From Geosiphon pyriformis uo1 (taxonomy: Eukaryota > Fungi > Glomeromycota), in assembly GCA_016748015.1 (NCBI GenBank), contig JAAOMT010000128.1, positions 1,619,538 to 1,683,537 of the forward strand: a DNA stretch of 64,000 nt, written 5' to 3'. The notes below the pieces were generated by a model, which was given only the letters and a program-made list of their open reading frames with translations, made no database searches and had not been told where the DNA came from. Positions 38,401 to 51,245 of this stretch are shown here, piece by piece. The stretch's first letter is position 1, and every line of letters starts with the position of its first letter. The position numbers and the translations under genes are program-made.

Positions 38401-41045
38401 TTGACCTAGCAATAGCATTAATTAATAGAGCTACCAAAGAAGATGTTTGCCAAATAAAGAAAGCAGAATACATTGAATACACTATGGAATTAGCTGAATT
38501 TGATTACAAAGACAAAGTAGAAGTCTACCACCAAATTGCAAGTCACATTTACCCAACCCAAGAAGCTCAAATTCAACGATTAGAGCAAATGAACATTAGG
38601 CTATGTGAAAAATGTATTATGCTTTGTGATGAACAGTGGTGTCCTGAATGCTACGCTCTTAGCATTCCCTTGCCCAATGAAAATGATAAATATGAAATTG
38701 AATTCGGAGAACTTGAAGCAACAGAAGAAATTGAGACAACACCTATCTATCTCATTGAAAATCAATCTGCTTTACAACTCAAATATTTCAACAACAATGG
38801 ACAAGGAATAAAACCAGAAAAAGCCCACGAAATTGATGCTGGATATGATCTAAGATATCTAGGAAAAGATACTCTTACTCTCAAACCCAAATCTCTCACA
38901 AAAATCAACTTCAAAATTGCTCTCGAAATCTCACTAAGAGCAATGGTTCAAATTGCTTCTCGATCATCCTTGGCAAACAAAGGAATCAATGTTAGAGGAG
39001 GAATCATCGATGTGGAATACACAGGAGACATCACAGTCATGTTACAAAATGAAACTGATAAACCTTTCAAAATTGGATATGCTGAAAAAATTGCTCAAGC
39101 TATCTATCTACTCTTAATCAACATTTCGGGTTTACAATTAGTTAATCAAAGAGAACAGTTGGGAAAAAGTAAAAGAGGAACACAAGGTTTTGGTTCAACT
39201 GGACATTTCACAGTTCCAGTAAACATAGCTCTCAATGAACAAAAAGAATCTCACCAGATTTTACAACTTCCACAACCAATTACCATTTCACCCTTTAGAG
39301 AACACTCTGAAATTTACATTTGTGAAAAGCCAACAATCACACAACAAATTTTTGAATCAAATGAACAAATCTGATTAAAACATAAAATCTCGATCCCAAA
39401 CATTTATATTCCAGAAGGAACAAAGAAAGTCCGAGTTACTTTTTACAATCCCAACAATTATCCCATAGTTTTATTAAATAACTTAGAAATAGGAATCATT
39501 CATAGTAACATCTTTCAACAAGAATTACCCCAAACAGTTCCCGATTTTTCTGAAATTATTGGATATTCACTACCAAAAATCAATCCAAACCCCAGCTCCG
39601 AAAACTACCATGTTGTCATGGAAAAACTATCTCAAATCAACATGGGACAACATGAACCACAACAACAGACCCAGCTCAAAGAACTAATTGCAGAATTTGC
39701 TGATATCTTCACTGAAAACAACAATGACTTAGGAAGAACCGATTTGGTCCAACACCAAATTTATACAGGAGATGCCAAACCAAGAAGACAACAAGCATAT
39801 CGAGTTGCTCCAGAAAGCCACCAATTTATCCGAGAAGAAGTACAACAGATGCTTAACAATAGGCTTATTTAACCATCAATGAGTCCATAGACCTTACCAG
39901 TGGTCCTAGTTAAAAAAAAGAATGGAAAGATATGATTTTGTGTTGATTATTGACAATTCAACAGTGTCACCATTGGGGATGCTTACCTTCTTCCATGAAT
40001 TGATGACATGTTAGATGCCCTTGGAAAATCTAAATACTTTTCAACATTAGACCTAGAAAGCGAATACTGGCAAGTTGCCATGGATCCCAAGGACCGCCCC
40101 AAAACAGCATTTACAACACAAGGAGGAAACTATGAATTCAATGTAATGCCCTTTGGATTATGCAATGCACCAGCAACATTCCAAATACTCATGAATGTTG
40201 TATATGCTGAACTCCTTTGGAAATCAGTAGTTGTCTATCTTGATGACACTGATGTTTATTCCCCATCTTTCGGACTTCATTTAATTCACCTGTGAGAAGT
40301 TTTTCAACGATTATGTAGAGCAGAATTAAAACTAAACATTAAAAAATGCCATTTTGGAAAAACAAGTTTGGCCTTTCTTGGTCACATAGTTAGTGAAGAA
40401 GGAGTCAAACCAGATCCAGGAAAAATCAGTGCTGTTAAGAATTTCAAAGTTCTATGAAATACTACAGAACTAAAAGGATTCATAGGATTAGCATCCTACT
40501 ATTGGAAGTTTATCAAAGGATTCTTAGAAATTGCAAAACCCCTCAACCAGCTCACCACCAAAAACATGGAATACAAATGGACTACCAAACACCAAAAAGC
40601 TTTTGAAATTCTCAGGGAAAAACTGACAACAGCCCCAATCCTCGCCTACCCGGATTTCAGCAACCAATTTCGACTAGCTACAGATGCTTTATATACTGTC
40701 TTTGGTGCCATCTTATCACAACTAGATGATAATAGAAATGAGCAAGTAATTGCCTATGCTAGCAAAACATTAAAACCAGCTAAGAAAAACTACCCTGCCA
40801 CAGAACTAGAAACAGCAGCTGTAATTTGGGCTCTACACCACTTCAACCTTTATCTCAGGCCTAAAGAATTTGATATTATCACTGATAATATTGGACTCAA
40901 ATGGCTTCAGAACAAAAATACTCAGCTGAATGCAAAACAAACCCGATGGACAGGATTTCTAGCAAACTATTGATACATAGTACATCACAAACCAGGAAAA
41001 CTCCACATCAATGTTGACTGTCTCTCCAGAATAAGACAAGATTAG
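35436..41045 (+). pseudogene. Element A single-frame polyprotein: N-extension, Gag, zinc knuckle, aspartic protease, Cys-rich domain, dUTPase, RT, RNase H
   Basis: ORF fragments at 36159, 37182, 38208, 39618, 40008 and 40566 share one frame and are separated only by in-frame stops explicable as transitions. Motifs: CHYCGISDH*KRDC, LILNSGS (DSG decayed), AGYDL/RSSLA/GIIDVEYTG/IAQ/RGTQGFGSTG, MPFGLCNAPATFQ, YLDD, TDA...ELE...TDN...NVDCLSR. Confidence 0.93.
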
Positions 41046-41075
41046 AAAACAAAAACCAACACTCAACTTAACCAA

Positions 41076-42055
41076 TGTTACTGGAGGTTTTTGGTCTCTT
41101 TTCTTAAATGTTGGTAATGTTGATTTGCTGTGAATTCATGTTTTCAGGAAGTAGTTGAACCTCCAATAACTGAATTTATCTTCAAATTATCTCCTATAAT
41201 TTGAACTGCTGGGCTTATAAGTAGAATGGCCAATTCCTTGCCAGTTATTTTATGTAGTTACGTTGTAATAAATGTCAACTCTTTTCCAGGAATTGCTCAT
41301 CTGGAAGCTCACTAAAATGTATAGTTACTTTGCTGTGAAAGTCAACTCTTCTACAGAAATCTCGTCTGTAGGCTACCCTAATGATTGTAATAAGAAAAGA
41401 AAAAGAAAATAAAAGAAATGTAAAAGAAATAAAATTTTGTCAAGAGAAACATTTTCTATTCAGGCCTGGAGTCACTAACAGTTTACTGAAATTGGTAGCT
41501 AATTAATTTCGAAATGTTAGTTGGGTTTTGGGAATTTTCCAAGTACAATAATTAAAGAATTTGGTTTTTTGAATTATTTGATATTTATTTCTTTTTGTGT
41601 GTATAGAAATGGTTTTAAGAGATAAATCTAAAGTAAGATACATTTTCTCAAAGAGAAAAGCTCTTCTTTTATACAACTTGTCGTAACACTATTCTATAAA
41701 CTTGAACTTTACTATTTTCTACAATTTCACTGAACTAAAGATACATTTCGGTGAACTACAAGTTATTTCTGCAAACTATTAGATATTTCGGTGAACTATC
41801 AATTATTTCAGCGAATTTCTATAAATTTCGGCAAACTTTTGAATATTACATAGTTCAGAGTATTGCATGATTGATCATTGCAATTAGGTTACATTTGTGT
41901 TGTGTACAATTTGGGTTATTAATTAAATGATAATTTTGGACATTCTTTGCTAATGTAATAAGTGATAATTTGAAATGATAATATATGCTAATTAATGATA
42001 GGAATTATGAGATAATTTCATGCTAAAATGATATCTCTAATTTTGTCTGGTAACA
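41076..42055 (-). mobile_element. Inverted solo LTR of an A-related subfamily
   Basis: 980 bp, reverse complement of LTR-A with a divergent central tract (~41410-41480); perfect TSD CCAA (41072-41075 / 42056-42059). Confidence 0.95.
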
Positions 42056-42078
42056 CCAACCAAAAGAGCCAACAAACA

Positions 42079-43464
42079 ATGAATTCAGAAAACTATAGCA
42101 ATCTTAAACAATATTTGGAAACATTAACAATCCCAACAGATTGGTCTTCAGATAAAAAACATTAACTACAACAACAAGCCAAACAATATTTTCTACACAA
42201 CAACATTATTTATCATCGAAATTTCAAAAACCCAGACAAACCACTCAGACTAATACAAGAACAGAAAAAAGAGACCATATTATACAACATGCACTCAAAT
42301 TCTTCATCAGCACACTTTGGAAAAGATAGCACCACTTAAAGAACACTAGAATACTACTTTTGGTCTCGAATAAGAAAAGACATTCACGAATATGTCAAAT
42401 CTTGTGATAGTTGTCAAAGAAGAGGAGAAACACACTCTACTGAATCATTAAATCCAATTAAAGTTGGACAACCCTTTGACCGAGTTGGTATCGATTTAGT
42501 TGGATCATTATCTATTACCACTCAAGGAAACCATTATATTGCAGTAGCTGTAGACTATCTTATTAAATGGCCCAAAGCCAGAGCCATTCAATGAACAGAT
42601 GCGAAATCAGTAGTAAATTTCATCTATAAAGACATCATTTGTAGACACGGATGTTCAATTGAACTTTTATCCAACCAGGGAACACACTTTGTGAACAACC
42701 TAATACAAGAAATTTGTAAACAATTCAATGTCAAAAAACCTCTGTCTTCGCTCTACCATCCACAAACAAATGAACTTGTGGAATGTTTTAACAGAACATT
42801 GTGTGAGTCATTAGCCAAAGTCTCAACCGATTTTGAGCAAGAATGGGATATCTTTATTCCATCAGTGTTACTAGCATATAGAACACTAAAACAAGATACC
42901 ACAAAACACACACCATTTGATTTAACTTACGAAAAGACAGCAACACTACCAATTAAGTTCACAGTGGAAACATACTCAGCACAACCAATCAATAAAGACA
43001 ATTTCCAGAAAACACTTCAACGAAGAGCCTACACTCTGCTTAGCATGTTGGAAGAAAAATGACGAATAGCAGCCACCTATATTGAACACTCCCAAGCTCG
43101 ACAAAAAGAACGGCATAATAACAAATTGCCTCCAGTCACTAATAAATTTAAAATTGGAAACAAAGTTCTCTTACACAGAACTAAAGCTGAAAAACAATGG
43201 AGTGGGAAATTTGAAAATAAATAGGATAAACCATTCTTTATCCATGAAGTCCTAGGCAATGAATCATATAAACTAAGACTTGATGACAAAATCCTAGCAA
43301 AAGTTGCACATGGAAATCGTTTGAAACACTATTATTCCAGAAACAATCCTGAACCATTAATTCCACAAATTGGTATACATTCCCCTTTAGTCAATCCCGA
43401 AGATATTCCCCAAAACTTAGAACCAATAGTTGTCATTAAACAACCTTTCAACCTGAACATTTAA
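42079..43464 (+). pseudogene. Element A integrase, stand-alone ORF
   Basis: Own ATG at 42079 (MNSENY). HHCC finger (MHS...AHFG...CDSCQ), core VGIDLVG / LLSNQGTHF / NELVECFNRTL, GPF-type module (W...PFFIHEVLGNESYKL...HGNRLKHY). No chromodomain. Confidence 0.9.
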
Positions 43465-43572
43465 TTTAATTTTACTAGTTATTCCTTTATAATTTAGAAA
43501 TAATTAAAACAAAAAATAATATAAAAACCCATACACCAAAAATAATTTTCTTTTATTTTCAAATCTCTTATA

Positions 43573-44249
43573 ATAAATATTCCACAAAACATTCAACAAT
43601 TATCCCAAAAACTAATATTAGCTTTAAAAACAATACCCGAATTATCCATTACTGTTACTGGAAACCATATTAATTATACCCAAACAGAAGTAGTTACAAA
43701 TTTAGCCCCAAATTCACGAAAATATCACCTGTATAAAAAAAACACAAGAAGTTATACTGGAATTCACCTGCCAGAACTTTTAAAGCTTGCTTTAAGAGAA
43801 AATTTAATGCTCACTCCGATTAGTATTCCACCAAATGCTACAATTTAACAAAGACTTCAACTGTGTCTCAATGAGAAAAACACTGAATATCCTCCAATCT
43901 ATAGATATTTTCACATTGGAAAAACACTCTACAAATGGAAACTGGAACTTACAACAACAAATCTCACAAAAAAAGCTATTCAGAAACAACTCCACAACGA
44001 ATTCAAGACAACAGCTGGATTAACAAACAGTTGCTATAGGCTCAGAGCTGCTCTTAGACTTTATGACATATTCCACACCTGTGAAAACGTACTACAAAAC
44101 CCAATTTTTCAACCTTTGAAGATTCAATACATTGGAAAGCTCACAGAACTGAAATTTCAACAATTTTCAGACCAAATTTCTTCAATAATTTTGGATTATT
44201 ATCTGGAAATAACAAACAGTACTTGGACTTCAATGGAGCTCAGTCTTGA
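43573..44249 (+). pseudogene. Element A 3' accessory ORF (ORF-X), unknown function
   Basis: Long frame starting ATA-NIPQNIQQL (probable decayed ATG) with one internal TAA. Aligns by eye with B 52672-53307. A 1-nt shift near the end gives DFNGAQS-TGA at the PPT. Confidence 0.7.
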
Positions 44250-44260
44250 GGAGAAAGTTA

Positions 44261-45252
44261 TGTTACCAGATGAAATTAGAGATATCATTAAGCATGAAAC
44301 TATTTTATAATTCCTATTATTAATTAGCATATATTATCGTTTTAAATTATCACTTATTACATTAGCAAAAATGTCCAAAATTATCATTTAATTAATAACC
44401 CAAATTATACACAACACAAATGTAACCTAATTGTGATGATCAATCATGCAATACCCTGAACTATGTAACATTCAAAAGTTTGCCGAAATTTATAGAAATT
44501 CGCTGAAATAATTGATAATTCACCAAAATATCTAATAGTTCATAGAAATAACTTGTAGTTTGCCGAAATGTATTTTTAGTTCAGCAAAATTGTAGAAAAT
44601 AGCAAAGTTTAAGTTTATAGAATAGTGTTATAACAAGTTGTATAAAAAGAAGAGCTTCTCTCTTCGAGAAAATGTATCTTACTTTAGATTTATCACTTAG
44701 AACCATTCCTACGCACACAAAAAGAAATAAATATCAGATAATTCGAAAAACCAAATTCTTTAAATTATTGCACTTGGAAAATCCTCAAAAACACAATTAA
44801 CAGTTTGAAATTGATTAGCTACCAATTTCAGTAGACTGTTAAAACACTTCCAGGCCTAGATCCAAAACGACTTTAACAAATCAATTCCTTATTTTTTCTT
44901 TTTCTTTCTTTTTCTTTTATTTTCTTTTCTTTTATCATCATAATCATTAGGGTAGCCTACAGATGAGATTTCTGTAGAAGAGTTGACTTTCACAGCAAAG
45001 TAACTATACATTTTAGTGAGCTTCCAGACAAGCAATTCCTGGGAAAGAGTTGACGTTTACTACAACGTAACTACATAAAGTAACTGGCACAGAATTGGCC
45101 ATTCCACTCATAAGCCCAGCAGCTCAAATTATAGGAGATAATTTGAGGATAAATTCAGTTACTGGAGGTTCAACCACATCCAGAAAATGTGAATTCACAG
45201 CAAACAAGCATCAACAACATTTAAGAAAAGAGACTAAAAACCTCCGGTAACA
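44261..45252 (+). repeat. 3' LTR of element A
   Basis: Follows the PPT; direct repeat of 34399-35390. Confidence 0.95.
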
Positions 45253-48200
45253 ACGCACAACAACAATTCTCTATTACCTACACAGACAAAAACAAAGGAA
45301 GGTTGTAAACACCAGCAGTAATACCAAAACAAATACAACCACCCACTTGAAAGAAAACCAGAGTTGAATCACCAGCAAACCCATTATATTACTATACATT
45401 CGGAAGCACCATTAACATCACATCAACAAACGTGTCCACATTAACTATGATATCAACATTTGGATGATTCCCATTCCAGAGTAAACAAAGAAAAGAAGAT
45501 CTTCTAGAACTATACAGTATGTATTTTGAAGGATTTAAGTTACAATTACCAATGCCATCAGGACTTTGATCTCCACCACTCCAACCCAATTTTGGAACCA
45601 TAAGTCCTTGAAAAATAATGGAATTGGAAAAAGAACAAGAAGAAGAGAAAGAAAAATTTGAAGATCAAGAATTTACTTACCAAAACTCGATCCCAAAAAA
45701 CCTGGAAATTGAAACTCCGAACCTACAAACTCAGCAAAATCTAAACTTGAAAAATCCAGAAATCGGAACTCTGAATATTCAAACACTGCCAAATCAAGAC
45801 AATTCAAACCCTGAGTTAATTAATTAGCAAAACTTATCTTCAATAATTGTCATTGATCAGCCACCAGCTGAACTGATCCAACTGCAACAAATACCACCAC
45901 TTCAACAACTCTAACAGCCACTTCAACAGCCACAATAACAACTTCAACAACCAAACTTGGATCTAATGGCCTATGTTCTAATAGCAAAACTTGAGAAATT
46001 CACCGGCAAAGAAAATAATGCCCAAATATGGCTTAACAATATTGAAAAAGCTATCGCAACCAACAGATGAAATGACCAGAGAGCACTCCAAGCCATCTTT
46101 TATTTCTTACAAGATACTGTTGACTTGTGATATCAAAGCTTAGTCACCAAATCCTAAACATTCCAGGAATTTAAAATCGCATTCTTGGGATACTTCAGTA
46201 ATAATAATAGCATTAACTGATTGGCAAACACTTTTACCACCATTAAGCAAGAAGAAAATAAAGCAGTCACTACTTATTTAGGATGCTTCCACAGAAATCT
46301 GTGCCAAATCCAGGCCATACAGACTGATTATTTCACAGCACCACAAATTTTGAATTAATTTATTAGAGGCCTGCACAGCAGCATTCTTCAACACATATGC
46401 CTAATGCATCCAGTAGACTTTCAAGCTGCAGTTACAAATGCCAGAGATTTTGAAGCAGCCAAACTCGAAGCCAACCATGCCCAAGCCATAAATCTAGTGA
46501 TGAACGAATCATCTGACTTAGATTCCAAACTAAAGCAATTAAGTAACTCACTCAATCAGAAATTAAAAAAGTACTTAGCTAACAACAATCAAGTCATTTA
46601 TCAACCTTCCCAACAATGCAACAATCAGGGAAATGGAAATTGATTCCAAAATCAGTCACATTTAACATCTTCCATAACTAATCAACAGTGACAACAAGAA
46701 ACACATGCTTGCCACTATTGTGGTAAACAAGGCCACTTGCAAATTGATTGCCGCCAACATTTAAATAACCAATGATTAGGAAATCAATATTGAAATTCTG
46801 ATCACCGAATTCAAATTCCGAATCATCAATCAAATCCAGCTCTATATCAACCAAATTATCTACTGATAACACAGTCATTGTATCAAATCCCAATGATGCA
46901 GCAATTATACTCACCTTCAGTCTATTAGTCTCCAGCATCAATTTATCAACTGTAGTCTTAACTCATTTATTAGCCACAGTTTCAGGTAATTTATCAGCCC
47001 CAACAAAATCAAACACTGTCCTAGTACTTATCTTAAAATGGAACCCAAAAGCCAAGACTGATACAACAAAGCTGGAGATTATTAATAGTAGTCTATCAAC
47101 TGATCCCCAGTTCCTCAAACCAGCCATCAGGATCTTGACAATGGAATTTGGGCACTGAGTACACCCAAAATCCGAATTCTCAACCATATTTAAAGTCTAC
47201 TGGTTATTCCAGAAGATGTCTAACCCAATAATCTGGAAACCAATCAACAACCAACACTTACTAGCAATATTCTACCAGCTACCATTACCAAAAACGAATC
47301 ACTGGATGCTATTTTTCTATTCAAACTTGAGGAACTGTTAATCACACCATTGTTTAGTGGAGCTGCCCTTAAGGAAAAACCTATTATGGCCATGTATACT
47401 GATGCCAAAGTTGATGGCCACCCCATTAAACTAATCCTAGACAGTGAATCAGCTGGCAACATTATTACAAGACAACTCATGGACCAATTAGGTTACCAAG
47501 TTGATCAAGCTGCCAGTGCCAAAATCATAACAGCTGATGGAACAACCAAAACTCCAATTAGCAAGATTGACAATCTATCTATTAAAATCAATGGCATCAT
47601 AGTACCCATCAAAGTCCTAGTAATAGAAGCAACACAGTACCAAGCACAAGTTGGAAATGACTAGTTAGTCAAAACCAACACCATGCTAAACTGGAACACA
47701 CAGGAGCTTCAACTTAGCCAGAATAGTCAACATACCTGCATACCAGCCATGTGTGATCATTTCAAGACTACCAAAATGCCAACACCACTTATCAAGTTCA
47801 AGAAAGAAGAAAAGAAACTTACTTAGGAAACATACCAAGTGTTATGGGCTGAAGAAAACCACAACGAGTTACCACTAATATCCTCTTGGGATGACAACAG
47901 AAAAAGAAAACAGAAAGAAGAACTTACCTGGAATCCCAACCAAGTCTGGGAAATTGACAACAACCAGAAAAAGATAATAAATTGGGAGTGAGAAAAAAAT
48001 ACAAAAGGAAAGAGAAAGAGAAAAGAAGAAGAACCAATATTACCCACCACCACCACCACCACTACTTATAATCAATATACCTATACTGCACCACAATGAT
48101 TCACCTATTATTGGCCAAAACTTATATGTGTTGATTGCAGTAAGAAATTGTCATCAATAGATGCATGCTGTAGCAACAATGAGGAATACTCAACAGTAAC

Positions 48201-51200
48201 CAAATTTTATTGCCATGCATGTGTTATAGAATGCTTTGGACAACCAAAATGGAAAGAAAAATGAGACAACAAACCTTGTTTAGCTTGTGGAGAAACATTA
48301 CTTGACAAAGGAATGTGAAATGACATTCCTGGTTGAGGAGGAACATGTGACACTTCATGCCAGTACACGATTCTTATTAGTAACTGGATTAGGAAAGGAA
48401 CACCAATAGAAGCCACATGGAAAAAAACCATACAGTAATTGGACAATTGTTCACACAATGATGATGAGATATAGAGAATGGCAATCACCAAAATCAAAAG
48501 AGCATCACCAAAAGAAATAAAAACAATTAAAAATAACCCACTTGAATCCATAGAACTTGACTGAAACCCAGAACCAGTTATAAATCTACTAGATCCGGAA
48601 CAATTCCATAAACACTATCAGGAATTAGCACTTACTAGAGAAGAACAAGAGCAATGGTTGGAAGAAATCAACACTCGACTATGTGATCATTGTTTAATTC
48701 CCTATAACTTTCAATATTGTAATAAGTGTGACCTCATTTACAATCCACCAATCCACATGATCTACACAATTCCAAAGAAAGAAGAACCAATCAGCAGCTG
48801 CACATCAGAATCAGAATCAAATTTCAATCTTGATTCAAACTCCGACAATGACAATGATGAAAACAACAGTTTCAGTTCTACTCTAAATAGCAATAAAAAT
48901 TATGATGATTCAAACTCTGATTCAAATCCCGAAATATTTATTACACTTTCTGACCTCACCAAGGAACAGGAACTTAAATGGTTCAGCAATAGTGGTGAAG
49001 ATATCATGCCAGAACATATACATAATACGGATGCAAGGTTTGATCTAAGATATCCAGAAAAAAATCCCATTAAATTGGAACCACATTCGTGCACCTATAT
49101 TGATCTTAAAATAGCACTGGAAATTCTAGTGACTACTATGGTTCAATTAGCATCTAGAAGTAGTTTAGCAAAAAAAGGAATCAATATCAGAAAAAGAATA
49201 ATTAATGCAGGGTATATAGGAAATATTATTGCTATGCTACAAAATGATTCAGAAAAGACCTATAACATAGAACCACAGGCAATATTCTTATCTTTGGTGA
49301 AAATAGCTCAGTTAGTGTTAGTAAGAAGCAGAAAAGAATTAAGAATAATAGCAAGAGAGATACAGGGATTCAAATTAATGGGTAAAATAGATGTATCAGT
49401 TAATATAACAGAGAAAGAGATTATTGACAAAGGAGAAATTATCTCAACCCATCAATCAATTTCTATTCCACCATATGGCCAGTATATATTAGCCATAAAA
49501 AGAGAAGTAAAGAATCAAGCTCAGTTGTTTGAAGCAAAAGCTACCATTTGTGAATCAGAAGAGATTGAACTCATTAATCTTTACATATCAGCCAAAAGCC
49601 CCAAAAACATCAAAATTCCCATCTACAACATAATGGGAAATATCATTGAGATACCAAAGGAAATCATCATTGGATATTTAACCACTGAAGTTGAGGATCA
49701 ACCACCAGACTATATTCCAGATTTTCTACAGCTTTGTGGATATATGGACATCACATCACAAACCATCTATGGGTGAAGTGAATGTTATCTGCTCTAACCA
49801 AAACAATTGGAACAGATAAACATGAGAAATCTAGACCCACTTCAACAGATGCAACTAAGAATATTACTTAGCAATTTTAATGACATCTTTGCTAGCAAAA
49901 ATGAATTTGGCTGCACCAATATTATCCAACATCAGATTAAGACTGAAGATGCAATGCCAATTAAGCAAAGAGCGTACAGAGTACCACCAGCTAGTCATGA
50001 GATTATTCATTAAGAAATCAATTAGATACTTAACAATGGGCTAATTCAGCCATCAATAAGTCCATGGTTATCACCAGTAGTACTAGTCTGAAAAAAAAAG
50101 AGAAAATTCACTTTTGTGTGGATTACCAGAAACTAAATAGAGTTACCAAAAAAGACAGCTATCCAACTCCAAAGATCCAAGAACTATTTGACGCTTTTGG
50201 AGGAAATAAATGGTTCTCAATACTAAATTTAGATAGTAGTTACTGACAAGTAGCCATGGATTCAGCCAACAAAGAGAAAACAGCATTTACCACAAGAAAG
50301 AGAAATTTTGAGTTTGAAGTCATGCTATTTGGCTTAATGAATGCCCCAGCAACATTTCAATGGCTCATGGAAATTGTTTATACTAGATTACTGTGGAAAT
50401 CAGTAGTTGTTTATTTAGATAACACAAATGTGTTCTCAAAAACATTCGATGATTATCTGCACCATTTCCAACAAGTATTTGAAAGACTCAGACGAGCAGG
50501 ATTGAAACTAAATGCCAACAAATGCTTCTTTGGAAAAACAGAACTAAAATTCTTAGGACATGTTGTGAGTAAAGATGACATCAAAACAGATCCAGACAAG
50601 ATTGAAGCTGTCAAGAACTTTCCAGTACCAAACAATCTCACAGAGCTAAGAGCATTCTTGGGATTTGCAGGGTACTATTGCCACTTTATCAAAGACTTTT
50701 CTAAACTGGTCCAGCCACTCCATCATTTACAAACTAAGAATGTGAAGTATGAATAGACAGAAGCTCAACAAAAAGCATTTGACACACTAAGAAAAAAGCT
50801 TATTCAAGCTTTAGTGTTAATGTATCCAGATCACAACAAACTATTCATCATCACCACTAATGCATCAGACCAAACATTGAGAGCAGTACTATCACAAAAA
50901 AGACCAGATGAAAGAGAACATCCAGTAGCTTATGCCAGTAGAAGCTTAAGTCCAGCTGAAAAAAACTATGGAACATCAGCATTAGAACACTTAGCAATCT
51001 ATTAGGCAGTCATAAAATGGAAAAAATGCTTGAGCCAAAAGTTTAAAATATACATGAATCACAAAGGATTGACTTCAATCCAGAAGCAAGAATTTGGAGA
51101 TGACCACCATGCCAGATGGAAAATAAAACTTTCACCATTTAATTATACAGTACATTATAAAAAAGGAAAAAACAATAGAAATACCAACAGTTTGTTACAA

Positions 51201-51245
51201 ATGAGACAAATCTAAAAACACTTCAAACCCAAAAATATAAAAAAA

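Larger units (their letters stand above)
34399..45252 (+). mobile_element. Ty3/Gypsy element A, full-length and the best-preserved copy; contains an inverted solo LTR
   Basis: 992-bp LTRs 34399-35390 and 44261-45252; TSD ACAC (34395-34398) / ACGC (45253-45256); PBS TTTGGTGCTCTCC at 35391; PPT GAGGAGAAAG at 44248-44257. Confidence 0.95.
34115..51215 (+). pseudogene. Element B polyprotein (N-extension, Gag, PR, Cys-rich, dUTPase, RT, RNase H); 34115-34398 plus 45257-51215
   Basis: Frame restored across the A insertion (RYAQQQFSITY). Gag IAKLEKFTG, knuckle CHYCGKQGHLQIDC, protease LILDSES, dUTPase DARFDL/ASRSSLA, RT VYLDNT, RNase H PVAYASRSL; ends RQI-TAA. Confidence 0.9.

Noticed and set aside
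43573-44249. ORF-X as an envelope gene
   Set aside because: The position fits, but it is short and has no signal peptide or hydrophobic transmembrane segment.
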